Source of the DNA: Octopus bimaculoides
Taxonomy: Eukaryota
Assembly (NCBI RefSeq): GCF_001194135.2
Contig: NC_068994.1
Location: 16,455,406-16,519,405, forward strand
DNA: 64,000 nt
Direction of reading: 5' to 3'
Shown here piece after piece: positions 63,353 through 64,000 of this stretch. The notes under the pieces were generated by a model. The model did not search any database. It saw nothing but the letters and a program-made list of their open reading frames with translations, and was not told the origin of the DNA. The position numbers and the translations under genes are program-made. Positions within the stretch are counted from its first letter, which is position 1; every line of letters begins with the position of its first letter.

Positions 63353-63869
63353 GGCAGTGGCTCCCATGGCTTCTGATCTTAACTGATTCGAAATGGTATT
63401 GTGTACATGTAAAAGATGGGCTACAGCAAATATTCTGCTCAATACTACAGATTTGCTGGTCAGTTACTTGATCTTAAACAGTTGAGTATGTCCCTTGGTG
63501 GTTGATGATATGTGCATCTCTGATCAACAGTAGAAATAGTGGAGGACATGTGTTGAGAGGAATTCTTTGGGGCTTGAATAATTCACCTCTGGAAACATGT
63601 GTGTTTCATTCATCATCCTTAAACAACCCTTATTCAGAGACCTTTTGAGTGGGAGGGACTACTCGACCTGAAGAAAATTCTCACTGGGCCCCACCTGCAA
63701 AGGCATGCACTGGTCATCTTCATATCAGACCACCATGTTGCGCACATATGGTTGCGATGCACATGCCTGGTGTACCCTTATCAGATGGGTAGTCATGATG
63801 GGTATATTGGGCTTCATATATTTGTACTCCAGTGTCACTTTGATGACATGTGTTGCTCCCTGACTCAAT
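63353..63869 (+). mobile_element. Family D element, second copy
   Basis: Colinear with the reverse complement of 20338-20870 and followed by (AAT)n. Confidence 0.75.
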
Positions 63870-64000
63870 AAAAATAATAATAATAATAATAATAATAATC
63901 CTTTCTACTAAAGGCACAAGGACTGGAACTTAGTGGGAGGGGACTAGTTGATCATATTGACCCAAGTGTTTCACTGATACTTAATTTATCGACCTTGAAA

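Overview
AT-rich, repeat-dense animal genomic DNA with 12 assembly gaps. The SINE and microsatellite content looks like an octopod cephalopod (Octopus-like; inferred, not proven). Two spliced protein-coding genes can be built by hand, and they converge. (1) A + strand C20orf27/ADISSP (UPF0687) homologue with four coding exons (20978-21002, 26176-26409, 30135-30263, 33562-33665; 163 aa; all introns GT-AG and phase 1). (2) The last two coding exons of a - strand single-pass membrane protein (60240-60302, 56197-56783). The rest is mostly tRNA-derived SINEs of several families, TTAA-flanked piggyBac-type MITEs, and decayed Tx1, RTE, Gypsy and R4-like retroelement fragments. The most unusual signals are: a tRNA-Trp-derived gene with an amber-reading CTA anticodon and a Pol III terminator (58871-58942); several hammerhead-ribozyme motifs in (TA)n-associated fold-back elements, including a near-intact inverted pair at 35255-35409, which resembles Penelope/retrozyme elements; several long hairpins, one with a perfect 101-bp stem; and an orphan ORF island at about 53.85-55.35 kb. 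No CRISPR array or rRNA was seen. All calls are by eye, and no database search was run.
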